Part shown: positions 49,255 through 60,598 of the stretch, piece by piece
Layout: every line of letters begins with the position of its first letter
Position numbering within the stretch: position 1 is the stretch's first letter
Assembly: GCA_030295235.1 (NCBI GenBank)
Contig: AP026134.1
Coordinates: 744,001-808,000, forward strand
Length of the DNA stretch: 64,000 bases
Reading direction: 5' to 3'
DNA from: Fistulifera solaris
Lineage: Eukaryota
Program-made: the position numbers and the translations under genes
The notes under the pieces: model-generated
Databases searched by the model: none
Told to the model about the DNA's origin: nothing
Seen by the model: the letters and a program-made list of their open reading frames with translations, nothing else

Positions 49255-49830
49255 TTTTGTAGCCAAAACGACACGAGTTAAAAGATGCTTAAAAGATGTT
49301 GTAACTTGTGTTTAATTTTATGTGTTTATTAAATGGTCTTTTAATTGGAGCTAAAATGATGATGATCGAAGCAGTTTCGTGGAAACCTTTCACTTTTTGA
49401 GCATGGCTTTCGTTGTTTTGTGGGAGAAAAGTTTTTCGACAGGTTTTGAGGTGATTCGTGAATAAAAGCAGTCATGAGCAGAGGCGTTTGTAGGGGTTTT
49501 GTGTACTCTAGACTCATTTAGCTTAAATAACACGTTCTTCAGAATCCATAGGAAGTCGTTGAAGACAATCTCTTTAGCACAGAGTGTAGGCGAAAATAGC
49601 TCCTCAAACCACAATTAACTCCCACCAATACCAGGTAATGCTGCAAATAACAAAATCGAATCAGCCGTGGAAGCAAGTTTCGACAGAAGAATAATGATCG
49701 ATCATCTGTTGCAACTGTCATTAACCCTTATTGTTGCGATTTCACAATCATACAATCCCAGGTAGCAACGAACGAAAGGCGCCTTCGTGAGCTTTTCCGT
49801 ATTTAGCATTGTCGTTTCGTCAAAGCATTC

Positions 49831-52377
49831 ATGTCATCCGCAACGTGTGAACAACCCAATTCGTGCACCTACAGCGTCGTGTACTACGCACGGAAGAATA
49901 AGGTGCACAAATCCAAAGGAGTCTCCAAGTTTGATGGCCTTTTGACGGTTCACTTTCCTCCTGCGTCTACAATTACTCTTAAGAATAACGACGACGACGA
50001 CGACGAGAATGATGATGGTAGTGAAGATGAAAAACAAACACCTCAAACAAGAAACGTCGAAAGACGCTGCCCAGCGCGTGCGCCAAAGGTAGTGTATTCT
50101 CGGGGACTATGCGAGATATTGCAAAATCTGCTATGGAAGGATCATTGAAAGAAGACGATATCATTGCCGTCGGCGCATATGAGGTCCAAATTTTGAGTGT
50201 ATGTGCGACATCAACAATGACAGGCGCAACCAAGTCATCAACATCTACAAGTATGGGTGCAATGCGATCTACCAAACTTCCTAGTTTAAAATCTGTTCTT
50301 CTCTCTTCCAATAACGCCAAAGTGGAACGAAAACTTCCCGCGCAACCTCATAAGCTCGTAAAGACGCAACGACATTCGTTAGTAGCCAGGAAAGTTTCAA
50401 CAGCGACACAAAATTTGACTCGCCGGCCTTTGCTCTTAACGGCTATTTCGCAAGTAGTACCACAGAAGCCTGCCACACTGAAACGGCCTGCTCCCTCCAA
50501 GAGCAAACAGTCATCTGCGTCCGCAATTGCTACCGTTGGCACGTTGGTTCTTCCCCACATCCCGTTACCATCGAGCATTCGACGCGCACTCAAACAACAC
50601 CAGGTGGTGGCAGTCGACTTTCTCTGGAACGCACTCAACTCCTTACACGGTTCAATTTTAGCGGATGAGATGGGCCTTGGAAAGACATTGACGACCATAG
50701 CTATCATTTGTGCGTTCTATCGTCAAAATAGACAAAAGGTGAGTTCCTAGAATCGTTCGTTTGCGTGAAATGGTTCTCATTCACAACGCTCACACTACCG
50801 TAGAACTTCTTGGTCGTTTGCCCGTCGTCCTTGGTTGGTAATTGGGGCACCGAATTCGACAAATGGATCGGAAAAGCCTGTGAACCCAAGCGAGTTGTCA
50901 TTCGCAGTGGTGGCGAGCAAGCTCAGCAAGATATGCAGACCTTTGCCAGAATCCGAAAGGACAGGTTCTAATTCTATCATATGACTTGTTCCGGCGCAAT
51001 GTTGCATTGGTTTCGAATATCGAAGTTTCGATCCTCGTGGTGGATGAAGGGCATCGCTTGAAAAACAAAAACGGGTCGCTAACAATGACGGCCTTACAAA
51101 CGGTTTCCGCTGACGCTCGATTGTGTTTGACAGCAACACCTGTCCAGAACAATCTGGTTGAGTTTCACAGTTTGGTCAATTTTACATGCCCGGGTCTTCT
51201 GGGAGATTTGGCTACTTTTGTAAAGGAGTTTGACCGGCCAATCACAAAAGCCCACAGCAAGAACGCGACTTTTGCGGAGCGTAAATATGGAGAAATGATG
51301 TCCGCCAAGCTCGAGAAAATGACCGAAAGTTTCGTCTTGCGTCGTTTGCAAAAAGATGTCTTAAAAACGATGTTACCAGCTCGAAGTGAGGTGCTGCTAT
51401 TCTGTCTACCAACACCCGAACAATGTGATTTGTATCAATCCATTGCGACAGCAGCTTCGAATGAAAGTGGGGATGCGGCAGATCCTCTGACATCGTTGAT
51501 CGAGCTTCGAAAAGTTTGCAGTCATCCCTGCTTGGTGAACGCGCAATTTGAACATTCTCGACATCTGTCGGGAAAGCTGCTCGTTCTTGACGCGATACTG
51601 CGTTCCATTCGTTCCACCTCACCCGATGATAAAGTTGTGGTGGTGTCGAACTTCACATCTATGCTATCTCTCCTCGAGACGTCGATCATGCAGCCGATGG
51701 GATACACATACAGTCGTTTAGACGGCTCTGTCGAAATCTCTCGCCGCCAGGGCTTGGTTGATGATTTCAACCGAACAAGTGCGGACAGTCAGTTTTGTTT
51801 TCTTCTTAGCTCCAAAGCTGGTGGTTGTGGTTTGAACTTGGTTGGAGCAAATCGCTTGATTTTGGTAGACAACGATTGGAACCCTGCTACTGACATTCAG
51901 GCCATGGGGCGCGTTTACAGACAAGGCCAAACGAAGCCATGCACGATCTACCGTCTTATCACGTCTGGTACTATCGAAGAGGTAATCTATCAGCGTCAGA
52001 GCCAGAAGGAGCGCTTAGCCGCAATGTCTGTGGATGGTCAAGGCAAGGGCAAATTCACTAAAGAGGAACTGGCAGACTGCGTCACATTGAAGAGAAACTG
52101 CCCGTGTGACACCAAACGAAAAGTTGGAGACGCGTGGCCATCATACGAGGGGCGATCTAGCTTGCAAGAATGGGATTGCGAAGATGAACCACTGCTTGAA
52201 GTTTCAGAAACCGTGAAACAGCACTTGGGGTTCGTGCATATCGTGGACGGTGTATCCCAGTTACACAACAACGTCACAACAATAAGCGCCCCCGCTGAAG
52301 GGCCGAAACCAAGCGTTGACGACACTGCAATGAGCACCAGCGAAGAAGAGTTTTCCATGAGTGACGATGACGAGTAG
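49831..52377 (+). CDS. RAD54: RAD54/RAD54B-like SNF2 family DNA translocase
   Basis: ILADEMGLGKT, VVCPSSLVGNW, VDEGHRLKN, TATPVQNNL, SSKAGGCGLNLVGANRL, WNPATDIQAMGRVYRQGQ. Intron ~50739-50802; indels. Confidence 0.85.
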
Positions 52378-52475
52378 AACAGTTTGTTTTTTGAATGAAT
52401 TTCAGGGATCTGATATAGCCGATTAGACCATCGTAAGAACATCCTATTTAGAATTGCAAGTTGCACAATTGCATT

Positions 52476-53253
52476 TTAATCGAGGTCAATAATAGCTTGC
52501 TTTTCTTCTGGTTCAATGATTGGCTTGCCAGATATTGTGCATGTTAGCCAGTGCAATAATAATCCCGGGGGGCCTATGAGATTGCAAAACAGAACCGAGT
52601 GCGGTGTAAAGATCCCCCGTCGTAAGCCATCGAGCCACACGTATCTTCCGACGAATAAATCCCAGGTCAGGACATGAGACCACTCCTCTGCGACAAAATT
52701 GGGATAATTGCTAGTCATTCCCATGAAGGCCGCTTGCGGATCACCAGATGGATCGAACACGTCATTGAACTCCGCCAAAGGTGCCGTGGCATCTTCTCCT
52801 AGAGCTAACGAAGCCGAGACGATAAAGAAATGAACCAGCGCGCAAAGGAGTGGTATCTCTGATAGAATGATTGAGCGATGAGGCTTTTCGCGACATCAAA
52901 GTCGTATTAGTCGTTGGTCTGACTTACCGAGTCCGCCCATAATTTGCTTCGTGATTTTTTTGCTTTTGAAAGAGAATAATAAGCATCCAAAATGGCTGTG
53001 GAAAGAACGTGGCTACCGAAAATGCCAAATGAATGGGTTCAGGGGAAGTTTCAACTGCTGTTATTGTGCTGCTCATGAACGAGTCGGAAAGCAAAGAAAT
53101 TGTCTCCGGGACCACAGCTAGAACCGACGTCGGCCTGCGTTTCAACGAGGATGAGCGCACAAAGATCTTTCTTGCTCGGTGTTGCGTAAAACTTTCCGCT
53201 CCTCCATTCGTCAAGAATAGAAGAGTTAACACAAATAGGCCTTTGGATATCAT
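52476..53253 (-). CDS. ABA4: ABA4 / neoxanthin-synthesis-like membrane protein (DUF4281), plastid-targeted
   Basis: PFWMLII, WSHVLTWDLFVGRYVWLDG, HSVLFCNLIGPPGLLLH; presequence AES-F; intron near 52860-52927. Confidence 0.8.
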
Positions 53254-53657
53254 TCTACCTGGTTAAACCTTCTAAAGAGACATTCGAACTTCGAAGTAGC
53301 CTTGTGTTGGCATTTAAATTCATTATCCTTTGGTTTCTTCCCCTCGCTCGCCCTTTTTGCACTCCCCATCGTCGTCATCGTCTGATTTTCGAAAATGTTT
53401 TCCTTCTTGTCGTTTCATCTTTAATGAAAATTCCACATTCCGTTCTTCTCGTGGCGATCATCAAATACGTCACTTCATCCGTAGCCACACGTCATAATCG
53501 CCGGCATCAAACTAAGGAGGTGCACCGCGCACTGCAAAGGTAAGTTAAGACTTACTCCATCTGACGTAGCAGAACATAAAAACACAACAATAGTCATTTG
53601 CATTTACGGCACTACTTCTTGCTGAATAAAACTTTAACGCGGTCATCCATTCTCTAG

Positions 53658-54587
53658 CTAGTGATGCGAATGGTTGCACCCTGCACCTCCACTGCACGTC
53701 GCTTTCTCGGCTGCTTTCTTACGAGAAAGATAGTTGGAAAAAAGCAACAGCGCACATCCAGCCAGATTCGCCACGCGGTGTTGGATACCGTGATGAAGAG
53801 TGTGAAGCATTTCATGAACGAAATGGCCCACGGTTCCCCCGACACCGTGAGGAACCAAGGAACAACCGGCATTCGCAGAGCCTACCAATAAGAGTCCGAG
53901 AAGCCCGATTGCGGCGATCCACTTGGTTCTATGGTTGTAGAGATAATTGGTCACGGTAGCCAATCCTCCAACCGGCAACACAAAACCGAGAGCAACAGCA
54001 TGCCCTGCCTGGTGCAGCCATTCCAATTGCGAAGCCGAAACAAGAATTCCCATTAACGGGAAAACAATCGTGATAATCGGAAGGATGGTGCAATCCAAGA
54101 CACAAAGCAGGGACGCGAAATTCGAGAATTGTAGTAGCTGGTCCTTCCATGACGTTTTCGATTGGATCGATGATTCGACTGATCCTTCACTATCGCTGTC
54201 GTCTGAGCTAGCGGTGACATCAGGATTTGTTACCATGCCGCAGTAAGTGAGACTGACGGGCGGAGGACAAGAGCGACAGAAAGGCAACGTGCACAAACTT
54301 CGAAGACTTCCGGCTGCGGACGAAAATCGGCTCGGGCGTTTGTCATAGCGACTTGTGCCGATTCCGCGCGGATTGGAAGCAAGCAAAGTTGTTCCAGAGT
54401 GCACAGACCCCTTGGAACGACGATACGCGAGGGTCAAATGCGGTGCATTGTAAATCGTTTTACTATCATTCATTGTGGTAGCCGGCTGAAAAGCACCAAA
54501 GGCGACGACGGAGTACTGTGATGAAAGAAAAAAACAGATGATCAAAGGCACGAGTGGCTGTGTCTTGAAGTTACGTTTCATAAACAT
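53658..54587 (-). CDS. MerC-domain membrane protein with signal/transit peptide and His-rich loops
   Basis: ASLLCVLDCTILP Cys pair in TM1, EWLH, 4 TM helices, HEMLHTLHHGIQH, C-terminal CSGGAGCNHSHH; presequence VVA-F. Confidence 0.7.
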   Translation of the reverse strand: MFMKRNFKTQPLVPLIICFFLSSQYSVVAFGAFQPATTMNDSKTIYNAPHLTLAYRRSKGSVHSGTTLLASNPRGIGTSRYDKRPSRFSSAAGSLRSLCTLPFCRSCPPPVSLTYCGMVTNPDVTASSDDSDSEGSVESSIQSKTSWKDQLLQFSNFASLLCVLDCTILPIITIVFPLMGILVSASQLEWLHQAGHAVALGFVLPVGGLATVTNYLYNHRTKWIAAIGLLGLLLVGSANAGCSLVPHGVGGTVGHFVHEMLHTLHHGIQHRVANLAGCALLLFSNYLSRKKAAEKATCSGGAGCNHSHH

Positions 54588-55716
54588 AAGTCAAAACGAA
54601 AATGTTTTTCGAGATTCAAGGGAACTGTGATTATTATACGAACTGTGAAAGCAAGCAGTGCAATGCAAAGGGAATCTCTCACTATCACATCATCATCGCA
54701 ATCACACTCGAAGCTTTTTTTCGTTGCTTTTCGCTACTCCGTATTAAATTTTCAAACTTTAACCTTATAGTAGTTGGATGACAATAGACAACCAAATTTT
54801 TTTGTGAAATACGTTTCGCTATCATTATTTGCTGTCAAGATACTGTCAGCAATAATGCCTCTGAATAGCGCATCATTCATTGTCTTGTCAACTCCAGAAT
54901 ATGGCTGGACGAAAACGATGACAAACTATGCAAAGGAGACTATTATTTGAACTATGTAGTGACCTGGCAATTTGGCTCGTTGGATTTTCGTCCACTGGAT
55001 CGGTTGTGATTCGCTAACTTGTCTTAGTGTTTCGGTTCTCTTGTAGGGATAGGACATAAGTTCAATAAATTCTAGCCATTTATGTTTGACCATGAACCAT
55101 GAATCATGAATCATGACTAAAATCTAAAATCCAGACATGAGGCTTGTGCGCCTGTCGCGTGACTACTACGACATCACGCTGTCACACTTCATGTACAAAG
55201 TACTTAACGCATTTGTATTAAAACCTCATGCTCCGATTTCAAATAGCGAATTGCATGCGCACTGCGCACAGCGCACAACACTACAATACGTAGTATCCAC
55301 GACCAAGACACACACCAAATACATTGAAGATTTGGAGAGGATAAATATTCGGAAACGTAAGTAGTGGAACTTATTTTAAAACTGGTACTTTATTATATCT
55401 GGAAAGCAATTTAGGTGTTAAGGTAGATGTTGAAAAGTAGATAATTTCTATTGCCCTTTACCCACTTGAATAGCTCATTCTGCATTGGGCGAATTGACTG
55501 GTAAGATGAGGGGAAAAACTAATATAAGCCCCACTCTTTGTTTCATACTAGAAGGATTGCCCACGACAATTTCCAAGACGAAGGACGAGGAGGAAAAAAA
55601 GAAAATCAGTTTTGTTGCACTGTTGCTCATCATTTTATTGTATTGTTGTGTTGTTCATTGCCATTGCTAAGTTCCTTAAGACCCGAGAAGGAATAGTTTC
55701 ACTCTTTTGAAGAAGA

Positions 55717-56703
55717 ATGAATGATTCGTTTGTGACAGCCGTATCTGCTGAATCCATGTCAATGGAAGACGTCACAAACAATGGGAAAGGAGGCGCTCTC
55801 TCTCTTTCCGATATTTTGAAAAATGGCCTGAGTGATTCCAGTTTAGACTTGTTTGCTTCTTCTTTCAGTGATCTTCGCAATGAAGGATCGGTCACTTCAG
55901 CTCCCAAGGGCTTCATGCCGCACCGTGCACAGTGTACAGCAAAAACGCATTTGAGCAAAGAAGTCAATGGAAGTTTAAGTGAATTATTCGATTCTTCGGA
56001 TTCATGGGATCTGGACGAGTTTCGGTTGTCTTCACTTATCGCTCCTAAGAATAACAACTCACCGCGTAAGTCGCGCCGGCGTAATGCACCAGTTTGTCAG
56101 CACCCTCCGTCGGACATGGTCGAAAACGCGGTTTCGCCTCCATCACCAAGCAAGAAGAGTCTTGGAAGTTATTTGGAAAAATCAAAGGAAGTCGTGCACA
56201 AACCAAGAGTTAAAGGAAACGAAAGGGCGAGAAAAGGAGCTCGTTGTAGCTATCTGGTGAAGATGCATGTCGATGGTACCGAGTCGAAACCTGTTAAAAA
56301 TGACGCCCCACCTCGAGGACCAAGACGGCAACCCTCCGTAACTAGCCAGTTTATGGATTCCTGGCAGAGCAGGTCATCTGATTCCTGTGGTTCGAGCCGT
56401 AAGAATCTGCTGTATCCGTACCTTCAAGCCGAAAGCAGCAAAGCTTCCAACCACTGCGACGCTAGCGTTGTTTCCGAAGTGTCGGGTTTAACTTGGTGCA
56501 GTGGAACTTCTTCGTTGACTATGAGCAGTGAGGATGATAGTACATTTCCAACCATTGACGGGAAGACTCTTGGTAAAGAGACTTGCATTCATCACTCGAT
56601 TGATGAAGCATTACAGGGGAGCTTCAATTTTATCGAAGACGTGACGCCAAAGAGACCTGCTCGACGTCGAACTCCTAGTCCGTCGCGGCGACAAACAAAC
56701 TAG
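55717..56703 (+). CDS. Ser-rich, probably disordered hypothetical protein
   Basis: Uninterrupted 328-aa ORF of low complexity. Confidence 0.55.
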   Translation: MNDSFVTAVSAESMSMEDVTNNGKGGALSLSDILKNGLSDSSLDLFASSFSDLRNEGSVTSAPKGFMPHRAQCTAKTHLSKEVNGSLSELFDSSDSWDLDEFRLSSLIAPKNNNSPRKSRRRNAPVCQHPPSDMVENAVSPPSPSKKSLGSYLEKSKEVVHKPRVKGNERARKGARCSYLVKMHVDGTESKPVKNDAPPRGPRRQPSVTSQFMDSWQSRSSDSCGSSRKNLLYPYLQAESSKASNHCDASVVSEVSGLTWCSGTSSLTMSSEDDSTFPTIDGKTLGKETCIHHSIDEALQGSFNFIEDVTPKRPARRRTPSPSRRQTN

Positions 56704-57092
56704 TCCATTCGGGTCGATCTCCTATGCTGACATCACAACAAACTTATGCTAATATCACAATAAACTATAAACCATAGCTTGCTACCCGCTAGGTGTCTTG
56801 CGTCGTACTTTCTTAGGTGCAAGTGGGGACAAAATGAAATGCGCGACTGCGCGAGAGACACAATCGTACTGAATGGCGAAACTGGTGCGACTCTCGGCAA
56901 ATGGACATGTTTCGCAAGAATGACCTTTCAAAGGTGCGTGACCGAAAGCAAACCACGGAGTTACTTTACAGCGTCTGTTTGGTATAAATTCGTCTTGAAA
57001 GAAACTGTATTTTACACGAGTCGTTTATCATTGAAAAGGATCAACAAACAAGTAGTCGGGTGGATTTTTTATGGCTTGAAGGGCTGGGAACG

Positions 57093-58861
57093 ATGCATGC
57101 TGGATCAGCTCGTGAGCAAGCCATCAGTGCTGCTCGTAGAGCGACAATGTTGAAGACTACTTTTGCCTCCATTCGACATTTACTGGATGGAGATGAGTTC
57201 ATGCCGAATCAGAAGGACGAAACCTTTCCTTTTTCTTCTGAAACGGCAGAGAAGAGCGACGATCCGTTCAATTTCATCGATCAGCCTTCTTCGACACAAG
57301 AGCTACCATCGTTCAAAGAAAATGGAGACGAAGATAACTCGATTAACGACTTCAGTGATCCATTCCAAACGGATGAGTTTTACACCAGCTTTCCTGCCTT
57401 CAACCCTCAGAGCTCGGTCATGACGACGGATCTGTCAATAAGTGATTCAAAAGGGCTTGTTTCGACGGACGAAGATGAGTTCGGCTTTGGAGAAGCAGAC
57501 TTTGAGAACAATTTTGGTATGAAGCAGCAAATCACTCAAACGGAAGCAGTAATGATGCCTTTTCGAAAGACGGTTTATCCAGTAGGCTGAATTCTTCAAC
57601 ACGATCGCGGCGAAAACACGACAAATACTCAGAATTCGACAACGTTTCGGCAACTGAAGTCACGGAAACATCGAATGGTAGTAGCATGAAACGTTCAACC
57701 AGTTCGGGGAGTAGTCAGCGAAGAACTGGCAGATCAAAAGTTAGCGCAGAAGCGGAAACACCATCACCGATGAGTTCGCAGTGTGATGATAGCTTTCTGA
57801 CCAGTCCTCGCTTTGCAGCTCGAAGACGGAAGTCGAAGTCTGGCAATGAATTCTTGTCACCCAGGAAAGTGGACAGTCGCGCAACAAAAGCTGATCCTGG
57901 ACAGAATAAAAGTCGGAAAAGCTCCGAGAAGCCACCACTTGCAAACAATCCAGAGTCAATCGATCTCTTGAAAGCTTTGGCGCTTGAATTGACACAGAAA
58001 TCAAACGATGGCGAGGGTGTAGATGTAGCAGTCTTAACAGATCGTATTGTGACGCGCGTAAAGGAGCTGCAATCTACACGTCCAAGTAAGGAAACAGGAA
58101 CGAGACGGAGTAGATCACGAGGACGTATAGAAAGATTCGACAAGCAACCTAATGAGGAGAAGATCAGTGCTAGCTCGAAGGAAAAACAGACTCGATCGAG
58201 ATCCAGATCAAGACCTCGAATGAAAGCCTCGTTGGTATCGCCAACTGCGGATACCAAGCCGGTTTCAAAGTCAATGACCAAGTCTTTGGATCGATTGTCA
58301 TCTAAAATCGCATCAGAAGACAAAGAAGTACCATCGAGGACGGTATCGAGAAACAGCAAGGACTCGCACTCTTCTCAGTGGGAGAACCTTTTGAACGAAA
58401 GTACTGCTCCAATGGCGAAAGTGAAACAGTCAAAAACCAGCCAAGACGCCCCTCGTTCCCCGCCTGCTGAACTACTGAACGAAATAAAGTCGCCAAAGGC
58501 AAAATCAAAGAAATCAAAAGACAACTTAGTGGCACCGCGATCTCCGCCTGCGGCATTATTGAATGACATCAAGTCAACGAAGGCTAAAGTCAGAAAGACG
58601 AAAGTGAACCTAGAAGGGCCTTGTTCGCCGCCCGCTGGATTGCTGAATGAAATCAAGTCACCAAAGGCTAAAACGAAAAAGATTAAAGACCCACCTCGTT
58701 CGCCACCTGCCGCATTATTAGAGGAAATCAAGTCACCAAAGAAATCGCTGAAAAGCAAGTCGAAATCGAGGGATGCAATACCTAGCAATAGATCAGAGGA
58801 CGAAATAATTGATGCGTTGGCAAAGCTGATCAATCAACAGCTGCTTGCTACCGATCAATAG
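57093..58861 (+). CDS. disordered protein with four C-terminal PRSPPAxLLxEIKSPK (WH2-like) repeats; start uncertain
   Basis: ORFs 57060-57590 and 57686-58861 connect through an open frame (GSSNDAFSKDGLSSRL...) after an indel at ~57530; acidic DPF-containing N-terminal part. Confidence 0.6.
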
Positions 58862-58932
58862 AGCCGTTTTTGAAAACAGGATCATCTTTGATCCACAAAT
58901 CAGATTATATGAACTTGCTTCGATATGACTTT

Positions 58933-59968
58933 CTACCATATGCATACACACCTGACTTCAATGCTTTGTCGCGTCGTCTTCTCCGCGAGTCCTTTCGGCT
59001 CCAGAAAAGCGGAATGGAGGCAACACGTTGAACAGACTTTTTCCAAATCGGGCTTGCTTTGCGCCAAGCCACCTGCTGAGTCCCATTGCTTCAGGACCAA
59101 AACCTCGTCATGAGTCATTTGCGGAAAATACACCCAACGATGTGACCCTGAAAAGCAAGGAAGTATATTTTCTCCAACACGGTCTGTATAATGAATCTGC
59201 AGCGTCCTCCAGTCTTCGGCAGAGACGGTTTGCGCATCAATACAAGCCAGAGGATTTGTTTCGACTGGATTGTCTCTGTCGATATTTCTCCATAAATTAA
59301 TAATCGCATAACGCCGAGTCTTTGTCGAAACTGCACTTTTTACCAAGTTTTCTTCCAAAACTGCGCCCTCGTCGCGGATGTCGTTGCTACTAGCAGATCC
59401 ACTTGCTAGTCCCAACAAGCGACGTGGTGCCGATATGGCCGTATAATCTCCGTGAACGACACCCAGTGGTTGCTGAACGGTAGCACCCTTCCGTTCGCAA
59501 GTTTCTCTGCGTTCGAACCGGAAATTCGTACATTGTGATCGAAAGCCGCAACCACAGAGCAGCCTGTGATATTCTTCAAAAGGCTTCGCACAACGGATAG
59601 TATCGCTCTTTTACGTCTTTGATGTCTTTAAAATCGATAGAATTATCCGGGAGAACATTTTGGTAAAGCGCAAACGCCTGTTTCTCAAGTGTTGGTCGCT
59701 GCAATCGACCGTTTTCTATCCACACTTCGTAGCCTTGCCATTCCACATTTCTAAAACCCTCATCCGCTCCCGATATGTCGCGATAAATGTGCGCAATTTG
59801 TGTCTCGGGCGTCACATAGTGCATCACAGCAGGTGTACGTTCGAGGAGAGACGGATCATGATCGGCGAAGACATGCTTTGCTTGAGATCGCTGCATCACC
59901 GGATATCCTTTCGTACAGCATATTAGAGAAGGAAATAGAAAATACTTAATCATATGTACAGTCATATT
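58933..59968 (-). CDS. AsaB/CmcJ/NvfI-family Fe(II)-dependent oxygenase-like protein
   Basis: YYP, AFDHNVR, VVHGDY (third frame, ~59445-59465), IINLWRNI, PLACID, HRWVYFPQM..EVLVLKQWDS, HSAF, RQSIEVR; ~3 indels. Confidence 0.8.
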
Positions 59969-60046
59969 CTTGTGAAGAAACGGCGAAATCCTCAATTATT
60001 TTGTTATTGTGATGATGAAGGCCGACAACCTATTTCCTATTTCCTT

Positions 60047-60515
60047 TACAATCATCCCATTGCAACATTTTACAGATTTCACACGCCCCGACTTTTCTGG
60101 AAACGTCAAAATATCAAACGCCCGTTTGATATTTTGAGGTCTCCATTCTCCATAAAATCTGGGTGTTTTATATTTTGACACCTCCAGAAAATCTGCGGGT
60201 TTGATAATTTGACGGCTCCATAAAAACTGGGGGTGGGTCCATAAAAACTGGGCGTTTGATATTACGTATTTTTTTTTGATATTTTGACACGTCCATAAAA
60301 TCGGGGCGTTTGATATTTTGACGTGTCCATAAAACTCGTCCATAAAATCTGGTTTTAAGCAAATAACCTCAACAGGTTTAGCAATTTCAGTTCCCCGTTA
60401 TGGATATCAGCCTACACATCACAGAAGTGTCAGAAAATGGTTTCAGATTGCTAAATCCAGTTCGTAAAATTTTCCTATGTAAAATCCGTAAAATGTTGCA
60501 AGGGATTTGATTGTA
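60047..60515. mobile_element. MITE with ~35-bp TIRs, TA flanks and internal ~34-bp tandem repeats
   Basis: Left ta|caatcatcccattgcaacattttacagatttcac versus reverse complement of right ta|caatcaaatcccttgcaacattttacggattttac. Internal array of tccataaaatc(t/g)gggcgtttgatattttgacac-like units at ~60083-60352. Confidence 0.85.
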
Positions 60516-60598
60516 CCAGGTAGAGCTACGTTCATCATCGCGTTTTTGATGCATTCCTCTGGTTTGATGTGGCGCATGAGATCTAGACTTTTCGAGAA

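Noticed and set aside
44093..49738. TAAGG...CCTTA termini with an 8-bp TSD for the transposase element
   Set aside because: The inverted match is only 5 bp and the flanks do not form a symmetric TSD. TTAACCCT at 49721 is in the wrong orientation for a piggyBac end of this element.
27630..54587. Metal/sulfur gene cluster (FRE x2, cysK, rhodanese, MerC-like)
   Set aside because: These genes are interspersed with unrelated housekeeping genes over 27 kb, and there is no evidence of co-regulation beyond the FRE pair.
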